Of a stretch of DNA of 64,000 nucleotides, positions 51,255 to 63,538 are shown piece by piece; positions within the stretch are counted from its first letter, which is position 1; each line of letters begins with the position of its first letter. A program made the position numbers and the translations under genes. Source of the stretch: Octopus vulgaris (lineage: Eukaryota). The notes beneath the pieces were generated by a model. It did no database searches and had not been told where the DNA came from. It saw only the letters and a program-made list of their open reading frames with translations. Where the stretch lies: assembly GCA_951406725.2 (NCBI GenBank), contig OX597834.1, positions 17,422,001 through 17,486,000 of the forward strand, given 5' to 3'.

Positions 51255-51535
51255 AAAAATCTCTTGGATACCACTTAGCAACTGCACAGGTCCACCTGTT
51301 GTCTGTGAACCTTGCAACATGTCCAGTCCAGCAAAGCTTGTGCTTTCAGTACTCTGCAATGACATCATTCACTCTGTACCATTCTCAGATTATCTAATTT
51401 CAAATGTGCTCTCTTAATGATGTTCCTAGCATGCATCCTTCCATAGCCCTTTGTATCATAAGCAATGTTCTATCCTCCTTGTAGTTGCCCACATCTCACT
51501 TGTGCATTAAGAGTGCAGGTAGCATAGAGTCAGTG
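51255..51535 (-). pseudogene. Decayed RTE ORF C-terminal fragment (separate lineage)
   Basis: MLPAL../SEMWATT../IQRAMEGCMLGTSLREHI*N*II*EWYRVNDVIAEY*KHKLCWTGHVARFTDNRWTCAVAKWYPRD, fitting the RTE W.GHV.R..D.RW...V..W.P motif. Confidence 0.8.
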
Positions 51536-51597
51536 CGTATGAGAGGTGAACAGAGCTTTTATTTCCATATGATTTTCATGGTTACAGCTATCTATCA

Positions 51598-51767
51598 GGA
51601 TCGCTAGCCACTACATGTTCTTTATTTTCTCTCCTTGTTTCTTTCTGTGGAAGAGCGTAGGCTTGAAACGTTAAAGACTTTTTCACCTCCTGAGCCTTAT
51701 ACTAATATATCTATTTGTTGTCTACACCACCTGTCTTCGTCTTTTGTTTTTTGTGAATTCTCCCTAT
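51598..51767 (+). mobile_element. Penelope-like element with variant hammerhead (51640-51677)
   Basis: tcttt-CTGTGGA-a-gagc gtag gctt-GAAA-CG-TT-aaaga; colinear with 5060-5245. Confidence 0.65.
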
Positions 51768-52298
51768 ACACACACACACACACACACAAACACACATACA
51801 CACACACATAAATATGTGTGTGTGTATGGTGTGTGTGTTTATATGCGTCTTGGTGTCTACGTTTGTCCCCCACCACCGTTTCACAACCGATGTTGGTGTG
51901 TCTACGTCCCCGTAACTTGGCGGTTTGGCAGAAGAAACCGATAGAATAATTACCAGTGTTTTTTTTTTTTTTTTTTAAAAGTACTGGGGTCGATTCGTTC
52001 GATTAAAATCTCTTGAAGGCGGTGTCCCAGCATGGCCGCAAGTCTTAATGACTAAGACAAGCGAAAGATAAAAACGGAAGGAAATGCAACGTCAAAAATA
52101 AAACGAAGAGAAGTGACAATGGCGCTGAGGTTGTTTCTGTCAGCGAAGAAAGCAATTATCAGATGGCAAAAAGTCTGTACAAAACACGTTTACTGCAAAA
52201 GTTTAGGTTTGTCGCTGAAGGAATATGTTTGACAGCCATCGATGTTGCTCGGGAAGGAGAAGGGTCGGTGGGTTTTATTTGTTTTTTTTTACCTTTCC

Positions 52299-52500
52299 TA
52301 TTTCTTTATTACCCACAAGGGGCTAAACACAGAGGGGACAAACAAGGACAGACATAGGTATTAAGTCGATTACATCGACCCCCAGTGCGAAACTGGTACT
52401 TAATTTATCGACCCCGAAAGGATGAAAGGCAAAGTCGACCTCGGCGGAATTCGAACTCACAACGTAACGGCAGACGAAATACCGCTAAGCATTTCGTCCA
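52299..52500 (-). mobile_element. SINE B lacking its extreme 5' end
   Basis: Match to consensus; abuts CA/CT microsatellite at 52505-52960. Confidence 0.88.
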
Positions 52501-53657
52501 TTGCAGCATATACACACACTCGGAGACATACATACACACATACACTCTCTCTCTCACTAGCATACACTCTTTCTCACACATGCACACACACACACACACA
52601 CACACCACTTTCTCTCTTTTATGTACATTCTTTCTCTCTCTCACATATACACATATACCCACCTCACACACACACACACTCTCTCTCGCATACATTCATA
52701 CTCTTTCTGTCTGTCTCTTTCTCTCTCTCTCACACACACACACTCTGTCTCTCTCACAAACTCCCTCCCTCTCTCACACATACACACACTCTGTCTCTCT
52801 CTCTCTCACAAACTCCCCCTCTCTCTCTCTCACAAACACATATGGCCCGCCTGCACATATAGCCTGTCTTTCTGTCTGTCTGTCTGACACACACTGCCTT
52901 TCCTTCTCTCTTTCTCTCATACACACACACCCTCTCTTCCCCTTCTGTCTCTCCCCATTTATAAGAACCAGAGATATTTTAAGAGGGTTAAGTTTAATAA
53001 AAAGCTTCCTTGATTTCCTCTTGTAATGTCAACTTTTAACTATATTGTTTTTTTTGTTTTTTTTCACTTATTTGCCTTATTTTTTTCTCTTCCCACTAAA
53101 CTAGTTTTCCCCATCACTGTTCTTCTGGGTTGATATTCCTTAACCTAGTTCCTTATCTACAGCTCTCCCTCTTTAAATAGGTCTGCTTAACAATATCACC
53201 CCCACCAATCCGTTTTACTACCTGCCCTTAAGGAATCCAGCTCAGTAGTATTTTTTTTTTTTTGTCCTACATTTTTGTTCCTGATGTAGATTAACGTTTA
53301 TTTATGAATTTCGTTTGATATATTTTAATGTTTGGTTGTGTGGTTAAGAGACATGCTTGGCAACAATGTCGTTTCAGGATCGGTTCCCACTGCGTGGCCT
53401 ATTGGGCAAGTGTCTTCTACTGTAATCCTGAGTCTTGTGAGTGGGCTTAGTGGACAGAAACTGTGTGGAAGCCTGTCATGTGTATGTATATATGTCATGT
53501 ATATATGTATATATGTGTGTGTATGTATATATGTCATGTGTGTGTGTATATATATATTGATAGAAATGGCAAAACAACAAAAGAATGAAAGAGACCTCGA
53601 TATTATATAAATAGAGGAATTTATCTGTAAATATAATATGTGACAATTATTCAGTAG

Positions 53658-53700
<43 letters not shown>

Positions 53701-53703
<3 letters not shown>

Positions 53704-54066
53704 TGCAGGAGCAGCTGTGTGGTAAGTAGCTTGCTTACCAACCACATAGTTCCAGGTTCAGTCTCACTGCATGGCACCTTGGTCAAGTGTCTTCTACTAT
53801 AGCCTCGGGCCAACCAAAACCTTGTGAGTGAATTTGGTAGATGGGAATTGAAAGAAGCCCGTCATATATATATAAGTGTGTGTGTGTGTGTGTGTGTCTG
53901 AGTCTGTGTTTGTCCTGCCAACATTGCTTGACAACCGATGCTGGTTTGTCTACATCCCCATAACTTAGCAGTTCGGCAAAAGAGGCCGATAGAATAAGTA
54001 CTAGGCTTACAAAAAATAAGTCCTGGGGTTGATTTGCTTGACTGAAACAAGTAAAAGAATAAAAGT
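53701..54066 (+). mobile_element. SINE family A
   Basis: Match to consensus. Confidence 0.9.
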
Positions 54067-54087
54067 GTAATATATGTATATCTATAT

Positions 54088-54388
54088 ATCATCATCATCA
54101 TCATTTAGCGTCTGTTTTCCATGATGGCATGAGTTAGATTGTTTGACTGGAACTGGTGAGCTGTACCAGGCTCCAGTCAGTTTTAGCTTGGTTTCCACTG
54201 CTGGATGTCCTTCCTAATGCCAACCACTCCACAGTGTGTACCTGGTGCCTTTTTTGCATGTCACTGGCATGGGTGTCTTTTACATGTCACCAGCACTGGC
54301 CACAGCTCTGTTTTCACTTAGCTTGACGGGTCTTCTCAAACACAGCGACTGCCAAAAGTCTCGGCCACCTGTTGTAGCCTCCGTGAGA
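54088..54388 (-). mobile_element. RTE ORF end plus family D 3' UTR
   Basis: LTEATTGGRDFW../VFEKTRQAK* followed by the D-type UTR and (GAT)n. Confidence 0.75.
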
Positions 54389-54671
54389 CTGTCTTTTGTA
54401 TTTGTTTGTCGCCCCCCCCTTGCTTGTTCGGCAAAAGAGCCTGATAGAATAAGTGCCAGACTAAGAATAAAGTCCTGGGGTTGATTTCTTTGACTAAATC
54501 CATTAAAGTGGTGCTCCAGCATGGCTACAGTCTAATGAGTGAAACAGATGACAGATGCTGTTGGTAGAGTGGATGGGAACTTAGCTAAGTGGTTAAGTTG
54601 TCTTTGCAATCTTGAAATTCTGGGTTCTATCCCACTGTCTGGCATATTGGGTGAGTCCCTTTATCATAGCC

Positions 54672-55012
54672 TTCACCATCATTATCTGGTTGAGCTTGCT
54701 TGGGCACTTTTAACCCATGCATGTCATCTATCTTGCCCCTGCATTAGTTGAGAGAGGTCTTTGGGGAGGCATCCAGTGTTTCTGGTGAGCTGAGCGACAT
54801 GCATTGTGTTTGGATGACCTGCTCGAGTATGGCCATACTGTGGCATCCATAGCTGTAAGTCCCTTGCCAACTCTTGTTTTGCTTGCCAGCCATGTCCCAC
54901 AAAACACAAGCCCCTTACCCTTATAATGATAGAAATGGGCGGGAGATCTCTGTACAGCTGGTTTTTAGTGGGATGAGCTCTTTAAGATAATTTTAAGACT
55001 ACTCTTAGCATT
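54672..55012 (-). pseudogene. Decayed RTE ORF C-terminus (related to 17114-17397)
   Basis: MLRVVLKLS*RAHPTKNQLYRDLPPISIIIRVRGLCFVGHGWQAKQELARDLQLWMPQYGHTRAGHP... Confidence 0.8.
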
Positions 55013-56181
55013 CATAAGTTCCATCACAGTCTTGGAGCAATCCTAAGTCTTGTGAGTGAATTTGGAGAGATGGTAACTGTAAAGAAGCCCCTCAGATAGA
55101 CTGTACTCATAATTCTAAGATCTGGCCTTGTCTTGTCAGTTGAGTAACTGGATTTGCATACACATTGAAATCATTGCAAGAGTCTGTCATTGTATCCAGT
55201 GCTATCTTAAAGTATGGACACACTTGGCAGTGCCCCAGGGGCTCAATTCTCATCTATTGATGCTTTGGTTTGCTGTCAGTAAACCTATACTATAGTGCCC
55301 AGTGTGTTGATTTTCCCAGGAGCCTATAATGCTGCTATGGGGGTCACTGATCATCTGGGCTAATCAGCTCAACTTGTGCCAGAACGAAACAACAAAATAG
55401 TAAACCCTTGGTGATGTTTTTTCTTCATATGAAAGAAGCCCATTTATTTTAGGTCGACTGCTGAATCAGGTGAACTTGAGCTGGTGGAATGCTTAGTGGC
55501 ATTTTGTCCATCTTTACATTCCAAGTTGCCTTTCATCGTTTTGGGGTCGATAAATTAAGTACCAGTTATGCACTGGGGTCGATGTAATCGACTTAATCCC
55601 TTTATCTGTCCTTGTTTGTCCCCTCTATGTTTAGCCCCCTGTGGGCAATAAAGAAATAAGAAAATACACTCAATACAATCTGTAAAGTGGCTGGTGCGAA
55701 GAAGGGCATCTCTCCTTAGAAACCAGGCCTAATGACATGCATGAGCGCTGGTTTCTTTGGGAGGTGTCTTGGACCATGATGATTCCTCCAGTTCATGCCA
55801 GCATGGAAAGCAGATGTGAAATGGTGATACTGTTGTTGATGGTGATAGTGATGATGATGATGATGATGACGTCCATGCTTGCATTAATTTTGTTGGGTCA
55901 GTAATATTTTACAGTTGGATGATACCACTACTACATGTTTGAGCGTTCACCCATGAAATAGGTGTGGAAATAGCTATTTTCTCAATTAGGTCAAACATCT
56001 GGAGCAAGCAGAATTGTGTGTGTGTGTGTGTGTTTGTTTTGTTTTAGTAACAATGTAATGTCTGTTGGAAGACAGGAAGGTATGAAAATAATTTTTTTTG
56101 TTTTCTGCTGTTTGGTATGGCTGAGTTGCCTTTGAATGTGTTTCAGTGACTACTTCTTTGGCACAGAAGACAAACATATGC

Positions 56182-56212
<31 letters not shown>

Positions 56213-56349
56213 TGCATGTACAGAAATACACACACATACAGACCTATGGAGAGGGATTACAATTGATTAATTGAGCGTAATTGACCTTAATTGACATAAA
56301 CATGTTCCCTCTTCTCATATTCCTAAAAGAAATATTCTCATACACATAA

Positions 56350-56600
56350 ACAGAGAGAGAGAGAGAGAGAGAGAGAAATGGGCATAGAAGAGAGAGAGAG
56401 AGAGAGAGAAATGGGGATAGAAGAGAGAAGGAAAGGAGGTGGAGAGGATAGAGATGACGAGAGGGAAAGCACAGAGAGAAAAGAGGAAGAGAGCGAGAGA
56501 GATGGGAAAAGAGAGAGAGAAGAGAAAGAGAGAGGGAAAGGGGATAGAGAGGAGAGAGTGAGGGGGAGAGGGGAAGGGAGAGAGAGATAGAATGAGAGAA
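56350..56600. repeat. GA-rich polypurine tract
   Basis: Directly visible. Confidence 0.93.
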
Positions 56601-56651
56601 ATATTAAAGCATCTGCCACAAATTGGTGGCACCAAAAACAGCTGTGCTAAA

Positions 56652-56697
56652 ATGTCTCAAACACATTCAATGTTGCCCATTTTTTTTTCTAAAATAG
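56652..56697 (+). CDS. Candidate short first exon MSQTHSMLPIFFSKI(G..), or a recursive splice site
   Basis: aaaATG...AAAATAG|gtaagt consensus donor, phase 1; the AG is also preceded by a T9 tract. Confidence 0.25.
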
Positions 56698-56826
56698 GTA
56701 AGTAGTGTTTCTCAGCCAATTGTTTCCTATAGGCCCTTTGATTTTTGTTTTACTCTGGTGGACCCCCCCCCCCCCCCTTCCCATAACCGTTCATTTGTTA
56801 ATTATAAAAAAAAATCCTATTATAAA

Positions 56827-57228
56827 CCCATCAAGACATGGGATGAAGTGGTGTGAAAGGATCTCCAGACGTTGGGCCTCACAGAGGGGACGACAAGGGG
56901 CTGAGACTTCTGGTGGTTTGCAGTGCGTGGGAAGACACCTTAAGCTAAGCAAAATAATTGGTTGTCCCCTACATCCCTCTTCAGGTTAGCAATCCTTATC
57001 TTGCAGGTTCATGGGTGCTGGTGTTACATAAAAAGCACCCATGCTGGTGTCACATAAAAAAAGATAAACACCCTGTACACTCTGTAAAGTGGTTGGCATA
57101 AAGGAGGGGCATCTATCTGTAGAAACCATGTGAAAACAGACCTGGAGCCCAGGCAGGTCTTCAGTTGGCCAGCTCCTGTCAAACTGTCCAACCCATATCA
57201 GTGTGGAAAATGGACGTTAAATGATGAC
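56827..57228 (+). mobile_element. RTE ORF end plus family D 3' UTR (older copy)
   Basis: PIKTWDEVV*KDLQTLGLTEGTTRG*DFWWFAVRGKTP*AK, then ..taaaaagcaccc..gtggttggc..ggacgttaaatgatg. Confidence 0.8.
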
Positions 57229-57366
57229 AGTGAAACCAGGCCATACCTGTATTAAACCCAGTTCTTAAATATGTATGGGAGTGACAGCGACACAACTAAT
57301 AGTGTGACTACGACGACGACTTATTAGGAATTGTATTAAAAAATTGTTAATATATATATACATATG

Positions 57367-57409
<43 letters not shown>

Positions 57410-57458
57410 ACACACACACACATATATAAATTATATACACACACACATACACACATAT

Positions 57459-57640
57459 ATGTGACCATGTGTGTACCCCCTTCTCTGGATCTTTCCTTTT
57501 CCTATGTTTCTGACGAAGAGCTCTGCTCGAAACGTAAAACTCTCCTTCCCTTCCTTCCTGAGCATCCAATAATACTATATTTGTTCCACATCCTCATGTT
57601 GTTGTGTTTTCTCTTTGTGTTTTCATGTTTGGATTAACTA
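57459..57640 (+). mobile_element. Penelope-like non-autonomous element in a (TA)n tract
   Basis: Contains an intact hammerhead; homologous to the 16186 and 20042 copies. Confidence 0.75.
57506..57540 (+). ncRNA. Minimal type I hammerhead ribozyme, intact core
   Basis: GUUU-CUGACGA-A-GAGC UCU GCUC-GAAA-CG-UA-AAAC: 4-bp stem I, 4-bp stem II, palindromic ACGU stem III; predicted cleavage after A57536. Confidence 0.8.
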
Positions 57641-57954
57641 TATATATACATATATATATACATTAGATGTATAACTGATTTATTGCACATAGATTTTAAT
57701 CATGAAATCTTGTATAGACCCTTGTTGGGAATCACTATAGCTGAGTCTGGTTTGATAAAAATTTGGCTGTTATTTCTCTTAGGTGGAGCAACCAGTTGGT
57801 AAGGGAGGGTCCCTCATTAGGTCTACTGTCAAGTATTTTGTGAACATTTTATGTGTCTGTTATTATGGAGACAAACTACCCTTATCTCAACCACTGCCAC
57901 TAGATGTAACTGTGCCATGATTTTCTTAGAAAACAGACATTGGGTAAAGAGGAG

Positions 57955-57970
57955 TCTGTGTGTGTGTGTG

Positions 57971-58042
<72 letters not shown>

Positions 58043-58255
58043 GGTGTGTATATATATGTGTGTGTTGGTGTGTATATGTATATGTGTGTGTGTGTGAATG
58101 TATATATGTGTGTATGTGTGTTAATATATATGTGTGTGAATGTATATATGTATGCGTGTGTGAAGGTATATAAGTATGTACGTATGCATGAATGTGGGTG
58201 GGTGTGTATGTATGCATGTATGTATATGTGAATGTATGCATTATTATGTATGTGG
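57955..58255. repeat. (TG)n/(TA)n microsatellite
   Basis: Directly visible. Confidence 0.95.
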
Positions 58256-58668
58256 TGTCCCTCTTATCTGTCATTTGTTAAAATATTTCCCCTCCTCTGA
58301 TCCCACTTTTCTCTGAGCCCCACCCTTCATCTCCTTTGTCTGTCATCCTTTATATATATATATACAGCTGTAGACATTGCTTCATCAGAATATCTTGACA
58401 GTCAATCAGTCATCTACTGTTATGTTGTTGCTGTTGTCATTTAGCTCCAAGTCAGTCTCAATTAGACATTCCATTCATGGCCATCCCAAACATCTTTTTT
58501 TTTAAGATTTGTTTTTAGACATAATTTATTTAGAACTACATTATTCAGTATTATGTGGTTTGAGGAAAATGTGGCTGCCCTTTCTAGAAGGCTAGGTGAC
58601 TAAATGTGGGCCTGCTCATTGGCTCTTGCTTAGTTGTTTGTGTCCAAAAGAAGAGCTATGTGTGTGTA

Positions 58669-58706
<38 letters not shown>

Positions 58707-59888
58707 GGGTTTTTGTATGTGTGCTTGGTTACTGTTTCTCAATCAAAAACATTGACCCTATTAATACCAACCCACCTCTGTGTCTTTGATACCAAACCAC
58801 TTGTTTAAAATATTCATATTCAAATTAAAGCTTTCCTTCATAATTTATATAAAAGCCTTTTTGTTTGGTTATGTTCCAAACATTAGTTTAGTGACAAATT
58901 TAATTAATTTCATTAAATGTATTTAAGAAAAAGTGAGTCTTTGAGAACCACAGTTTCTGCTGTCCTCTTCTGGTTTTCAAGTTCTTCCAGGTTAATAAAC
59001 CTCTCAGATGGTTTGTGTTGCCACATATATGGCAGCTAGGCTTTCTATCTTGCACTACCGGTTTCATAACTTTGTTTCTGTAATAGACTGAGTACTAGAC
59101 TTAAAAAAATAAAAAGAAAAAAAAAAGGTCCTGGGGTCAAGTTGTTTACCTCAAACCTTCAAGTTGGTGCTCCAGCATGGCTGCAGTCCAATGACTTAAA
59201 ACAAGTAAAAAATTAAAGATAATGTATCTCAACTTACTTTGTCCACTCTGTCTTTCCATTTTTTTTTTTGAAAGACAGAATAGTGTGATTTAAGAGAGAT
59301 TTATTTCTATTTCTAGCAGGTCAAGCAACTATATTTAGAACAGTGATTATCAAAGTTGTTTATTTAATGCACACATTGGCATAAATAGAAATATTTTGGT
59401 GAATTTTGTGTATTAAGTTTGAAAAAAAACCCCCCAAAAAAACCATGTACTAAAAATGGATATTTATATGTTTTAGCTTGTAAATAATATAAACATTGTA
59501 AACTGATGGACATTACCAAGTCCTTCTTTATTGAATAAAAGAATCGTAGTTTATCAACGAGAAATATGAGCTTGATGTTTGTTGGTGATATTTTCTGTTT
59601 TGACATGTTTGTGATAAACATTGCTGTAGTTCGGCTCCTAAGCAGTGATGCTTCTCTCTCTCTCTCGCTCCCCCCCCCGTCTCTTTCTGTTTTTTGTATG
59701 TTTTGCTTTAAATGTTAGAAGTGAAGAATATTCCGTTTTAATTTTGTGGTGTGTTTAGCTCTATCTCACCAAACATTAGCACACATGGAGTGAGATGACT
59801 GGGTGTGACTGTTTGGATGCTGAGAATTTGGCATGACTGACTGGACATTCAACCAGCTTTTGGTGACAGTATTTTTTTGGTATTTTAA

Positions 59889-60119
59889 GGCGGTGAACTG
59901 GCAGAATCGTTAGCACGCCGGGCGAAATGCATAGCCGTATTTCGGCTGCCGTTACGTTCTGAGTTCAAATTCCGCCGAGGTCATCTTTGCCTTTCATCCT
60001 TTCAGGGTCGATAAATTAAGTACCAGTAACGCACTGGGGTCGATATAATCGAATTAATCTGTTTGTCTGTCCTTGTTTGTCCCCTCTGTGTGTAGCCCCT
60101 TGTGGGTAGTAAAGAAATA
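59889..60119 (+). mobile_element. Full-length SINE B
   Basis: Match to consensus. Confidence 0.92.
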
Positions 60120-60300
60120 AGTATTCTTTTGGTATTGGAGGTACACACACACATACACACACACATGCATGTGCGAGCAGAAATATACACATACAGTGAG
60201 AGAGATAAAGACAGACGAACAGACAGACTTAACATATATATATAAACAGAATCAGATGCTCTCTCACACACACACAGAGGCAGGCACAAGGTTCTCTTTA

Positions 60301-60474
60301 ACTTTTTAGCTTTCAAACTGGCCATAAACTGGTTTGATCTGGCCTCTTGTACCTACCAGACAATGTCATTCTAAATCATCAAAAGCTCAAAGCTAAGACA
60401 CAATGCATGATTAATTGAAAACATTGTGAATAAATAAGCAGAACATTTGATGAAGTTACATGAATGCAAAAAGG
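60301..60474. mobile_element. piggyBac-like MITE family 2
   Basis: ttaa|cttttt...aaaaagg|ttaa; homologs at 11425 and 40845. Confidence 0.65.
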
Positions 60475-60671
60475 TTAAAGTCTTTCATTTTTTTCTTTCC
60501 TTGGTCAATAATGTACTTTTTTTTTGGTACTCAGTACTTAAAAGAGTTACTGGTAGATTCTTCTGTATTAAATAATTGCGATAAATTATTAAAAATAAAG
60601 TTGATTTTTTTTTTCCAACAACAGAGGGGACATACATTTTTCTGGAAAGGTATAATGGGTCTCTCTCTCTT

Positions 60672-61240
60672 GTGTCATGGCATATTCACGTTGTTGATGA
60701 ATCATGGCTTGTTCCTCCTCCATTTATTTCTGTCTCTCGTAACATCACCCAAGTCTTTCTCGCTCTGCACATTCATTCTCTTCTTCATCCAGTTGAACAT
60801 CTTCATTCTCTTCCTTCTTCTCTCGCTCTCCTTCCCATCAGCTCAGTCTCCACCATGTAACGCTCCATTCTATCATCCTCTCTGAGAAAATGACCAACAA
60901 ATCTCCACCGTGTCTCTCTCTATATCTAGTATCCATCAACTGTCTCTTCACTTTCATTTTCCTCAACACTTCCACATTCATCACCCTCTGTACCTACGAG
61001 ATTCTAAGCATTTTTCTATACAACCACATTTCTGTAACTTTGAGTCTCTTCTCCATGACTTTGCTTATCGTCCAAGACTCACATCCATACATTAGCACCG
61101 ACCAGATGTAGCACTTCAGTAGTCTTTTCTTGACTTCCATTCCAATTCTCTTTACACAAAAAATGCTCCTCATATCCATAAAAGTTTTCTTTGCTAATCC
61201 AATTCTGCACTTATCTGACCTTCCATCTGATGTTATCTCA
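60672..61240 (-). pseudogene. RTE LINE ORF fragment (post-RT and C-terminal region)
   Basis: ITSDGRSDKCRIGLAKKTFMDMRSIFCVKRIGMEVKKRLLKCYIWSVLMYGCESWTISKVMEKRLKVTEMWLYRKMLRIS*VQRVMNVEVL...RDRNKWR; the YGCESWT and EMW.YR.MLRISW motifs are diagnostic. Confidence 0.92.
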
Positions 61241-61251
61241 TTTCTGATTTC

Positions 61252-61652
61252 TCATTTACTTGTTTCAGTCATCTGACTGTGGCCATGCTGGAGCACCGCC
61301 TTTAGTCGAGCAAATCGACCCCGGGATTTCTTCTTAGTAAGCCCAGTACTTATTCTATAGGTCTCTTTTGTCGAACCTATAAATAACGAGGACGTAAACA
61401 CACCAGCATCAGTTGTCAAGCGATGTTGGGGGGGGGGGGACAAACACAAACACATAAACACACACACATACATACATATATATACATATATACAACGGGC
61501 TTCTTTCAGTTTCCGTCTACCAAATCCACTCACAAGGCTTTGGTCGGCCTGAGGCTATAGTAGAAGACACTTGCCCAAGGTGCCACGCAGTGGGAATGAA
61601 CCTGAAACCATGTGGTTGGTAAGCAAGCTACTTACTACACAGCCACTCCTGT
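61252..61652 (-). mobile_element. SINE family A
   Basis: Match to consensus. Confidence 0.92.
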
Positions 61653-62161
61653 GGCAGATTGAATAAATCAGGTGACAAAATACAAAACACAACTGTGGAG
61701 CTGGGGGGAAAATAGGTTGAGAAAAACTCCTATAGAGCTATCTTACTCAGATTGTTGCAAAAGGCTTAAATGTTAAGACTTCCTGTACCTGAGGGTTTCT
61801 GTTTATTTAAGAAACCTTTGTTTTGATATATGAAAGATGAGGTTATTTTCTTATTGCAAATGATTGCAACTTGGTAATAGCTGAGACTGCTGTCGGCCAG
61901 AACTATTATCTCTTCCGTTATAGCAATATAAACATCAATGACATCTGAGAGTTGATTTAATAGACTACATCTCTTCCCTGAAATTTGTAGCTTTAGAGTA
62001 AATTCTTTTATGTTTTTTTTTTTTAAAGCCAAAACACTGATTAAAAAGAAATAAAAGCCAATGGTTTGCCCTTGAATCCTATTTTTCGATATTTCGATAT
62101 TTCGGAATTAAGACACCCTGTTTAGGAAAAACAAATAACAACACTAAATCTATGATTTCTT

Positions 62162-62200
62162 TTTCCTGAAGAAGGACATCTTAACCCCGAAATATTGGAA
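62162..62200 (+). ncRNA. Possible degenerate minimal hammerhead
   Basis: uuuc-CUGAAGA-a-gg..cc-GAAA-UA-UU-ggaa; stem II only 2 bp; palindromic AUAU stem III. Confidence 0.35.
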
Positions 62201-62994
62201 TATAAAATAAAAGTGCTAACATTTGACCTGTCGTATTTCTTATAACTTGCATTGTCTTGGGTTTTTTAAGAACATTTGCACTATAACTTTGTTTAACCGT
62301 AAGCTGGCCCTAACTGGGTAAACCTATAATCAGTCATTCCAGCCATAGCCATCCAGCTCGGTAATAGCCGAGACAGCTATATGCCAGTGCTATCATTTGT
62401 TTTCCAATAGCAATATAAATTTCAGTCTTGTATTAAGAGTTGATTTAATTGACTGCATCTCTCCCCCAAAATTTGCAGCTTTCTGTGTATGTCGGAAACC
62501 ATTAATATTATCAATGTTTGACAGTATTATGCTTCTGCTGTTGTTTAGCCCCCACCCCACCCTGGTCAGCTCTGTTCAAGTTTATTTTGGACTTCATTAT
62601 CTTAGATAGTCTCCTTTTAATGATGATGGTGTGATTTGAGAGATTGGGAGGTAAAATGACACATACACTGTATGTGTTGTGTTTAAGCTGTGTTTCTTTA
62701 CATTTTCGGTTCAAATCCTGCAGAAGTCGATTTTTACCTTTCATCTCTCTCAAATCAACTAATTAACTGTAATTTTCTCCCCACCCCCCATCACCAAGTA
62801 GATGATTTTGTAAATATTTGGTATAAACAATTGTTGTGGGTGGCAGAATTGGTAGGTTATTGGACAAAATAAAATGCTTTGGGGCATTTGCCCTGTGTCC
62901 CTTTATGGCTGAGGTCAGCTCATAACTGAGATAAATTATTTTCAACTGTTTTCTCTGAATTCCAAAAGTATAGTCTTGATTTCTTATATAGAAA

Positions 62995-63256
62995 TCATCA
63001 TCAATTTCATCATCATCTTCATCATCATCCTCATCATCATTTTCATCATCATCATCTTCATTATCATCACTATTACCACCACCACCACCACCACCATCAT
63101 CACTACCGTCATCATCACTGCCACCACCACCACTACCACTATCATCATCACTACCACCATCATCATCATCATCATTATCATCAACATCATCATTATTGCA
63201 TCTTCGTCGTTGTCTTCATCATTGTCATCTACATCATCATCTTCACCCACCATCAT
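62995..63256. repeat. (CAT/CAC)n trinucleotide repeat
   Basis: Directly visible. Confidence 0.93.
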
Positions 63257-63538
63257 TTTACAGAAAACATCTATGCTATTTATATGATGGCTTATGCTAG
63301 AAAACATTAATCATTAGTATTTCTAATTTAGACAAAACCAGCCTAGGCACATTGGGGAAAAAAAACTGTGCGTACACCACATCAGATAGTTTGAGAAGCA
63401 CTGCTCTATTTTATCAGTCCGATAAGAGTCAAGATGAAAGTTGATCTTGATTAGGCTTGAACTCAGAATCTAAAGAGCCAAAATAAATACTGCAATAAAT
63501 AATGCTCTTACAATTCTGCCAATCCACAATGGTCACAA

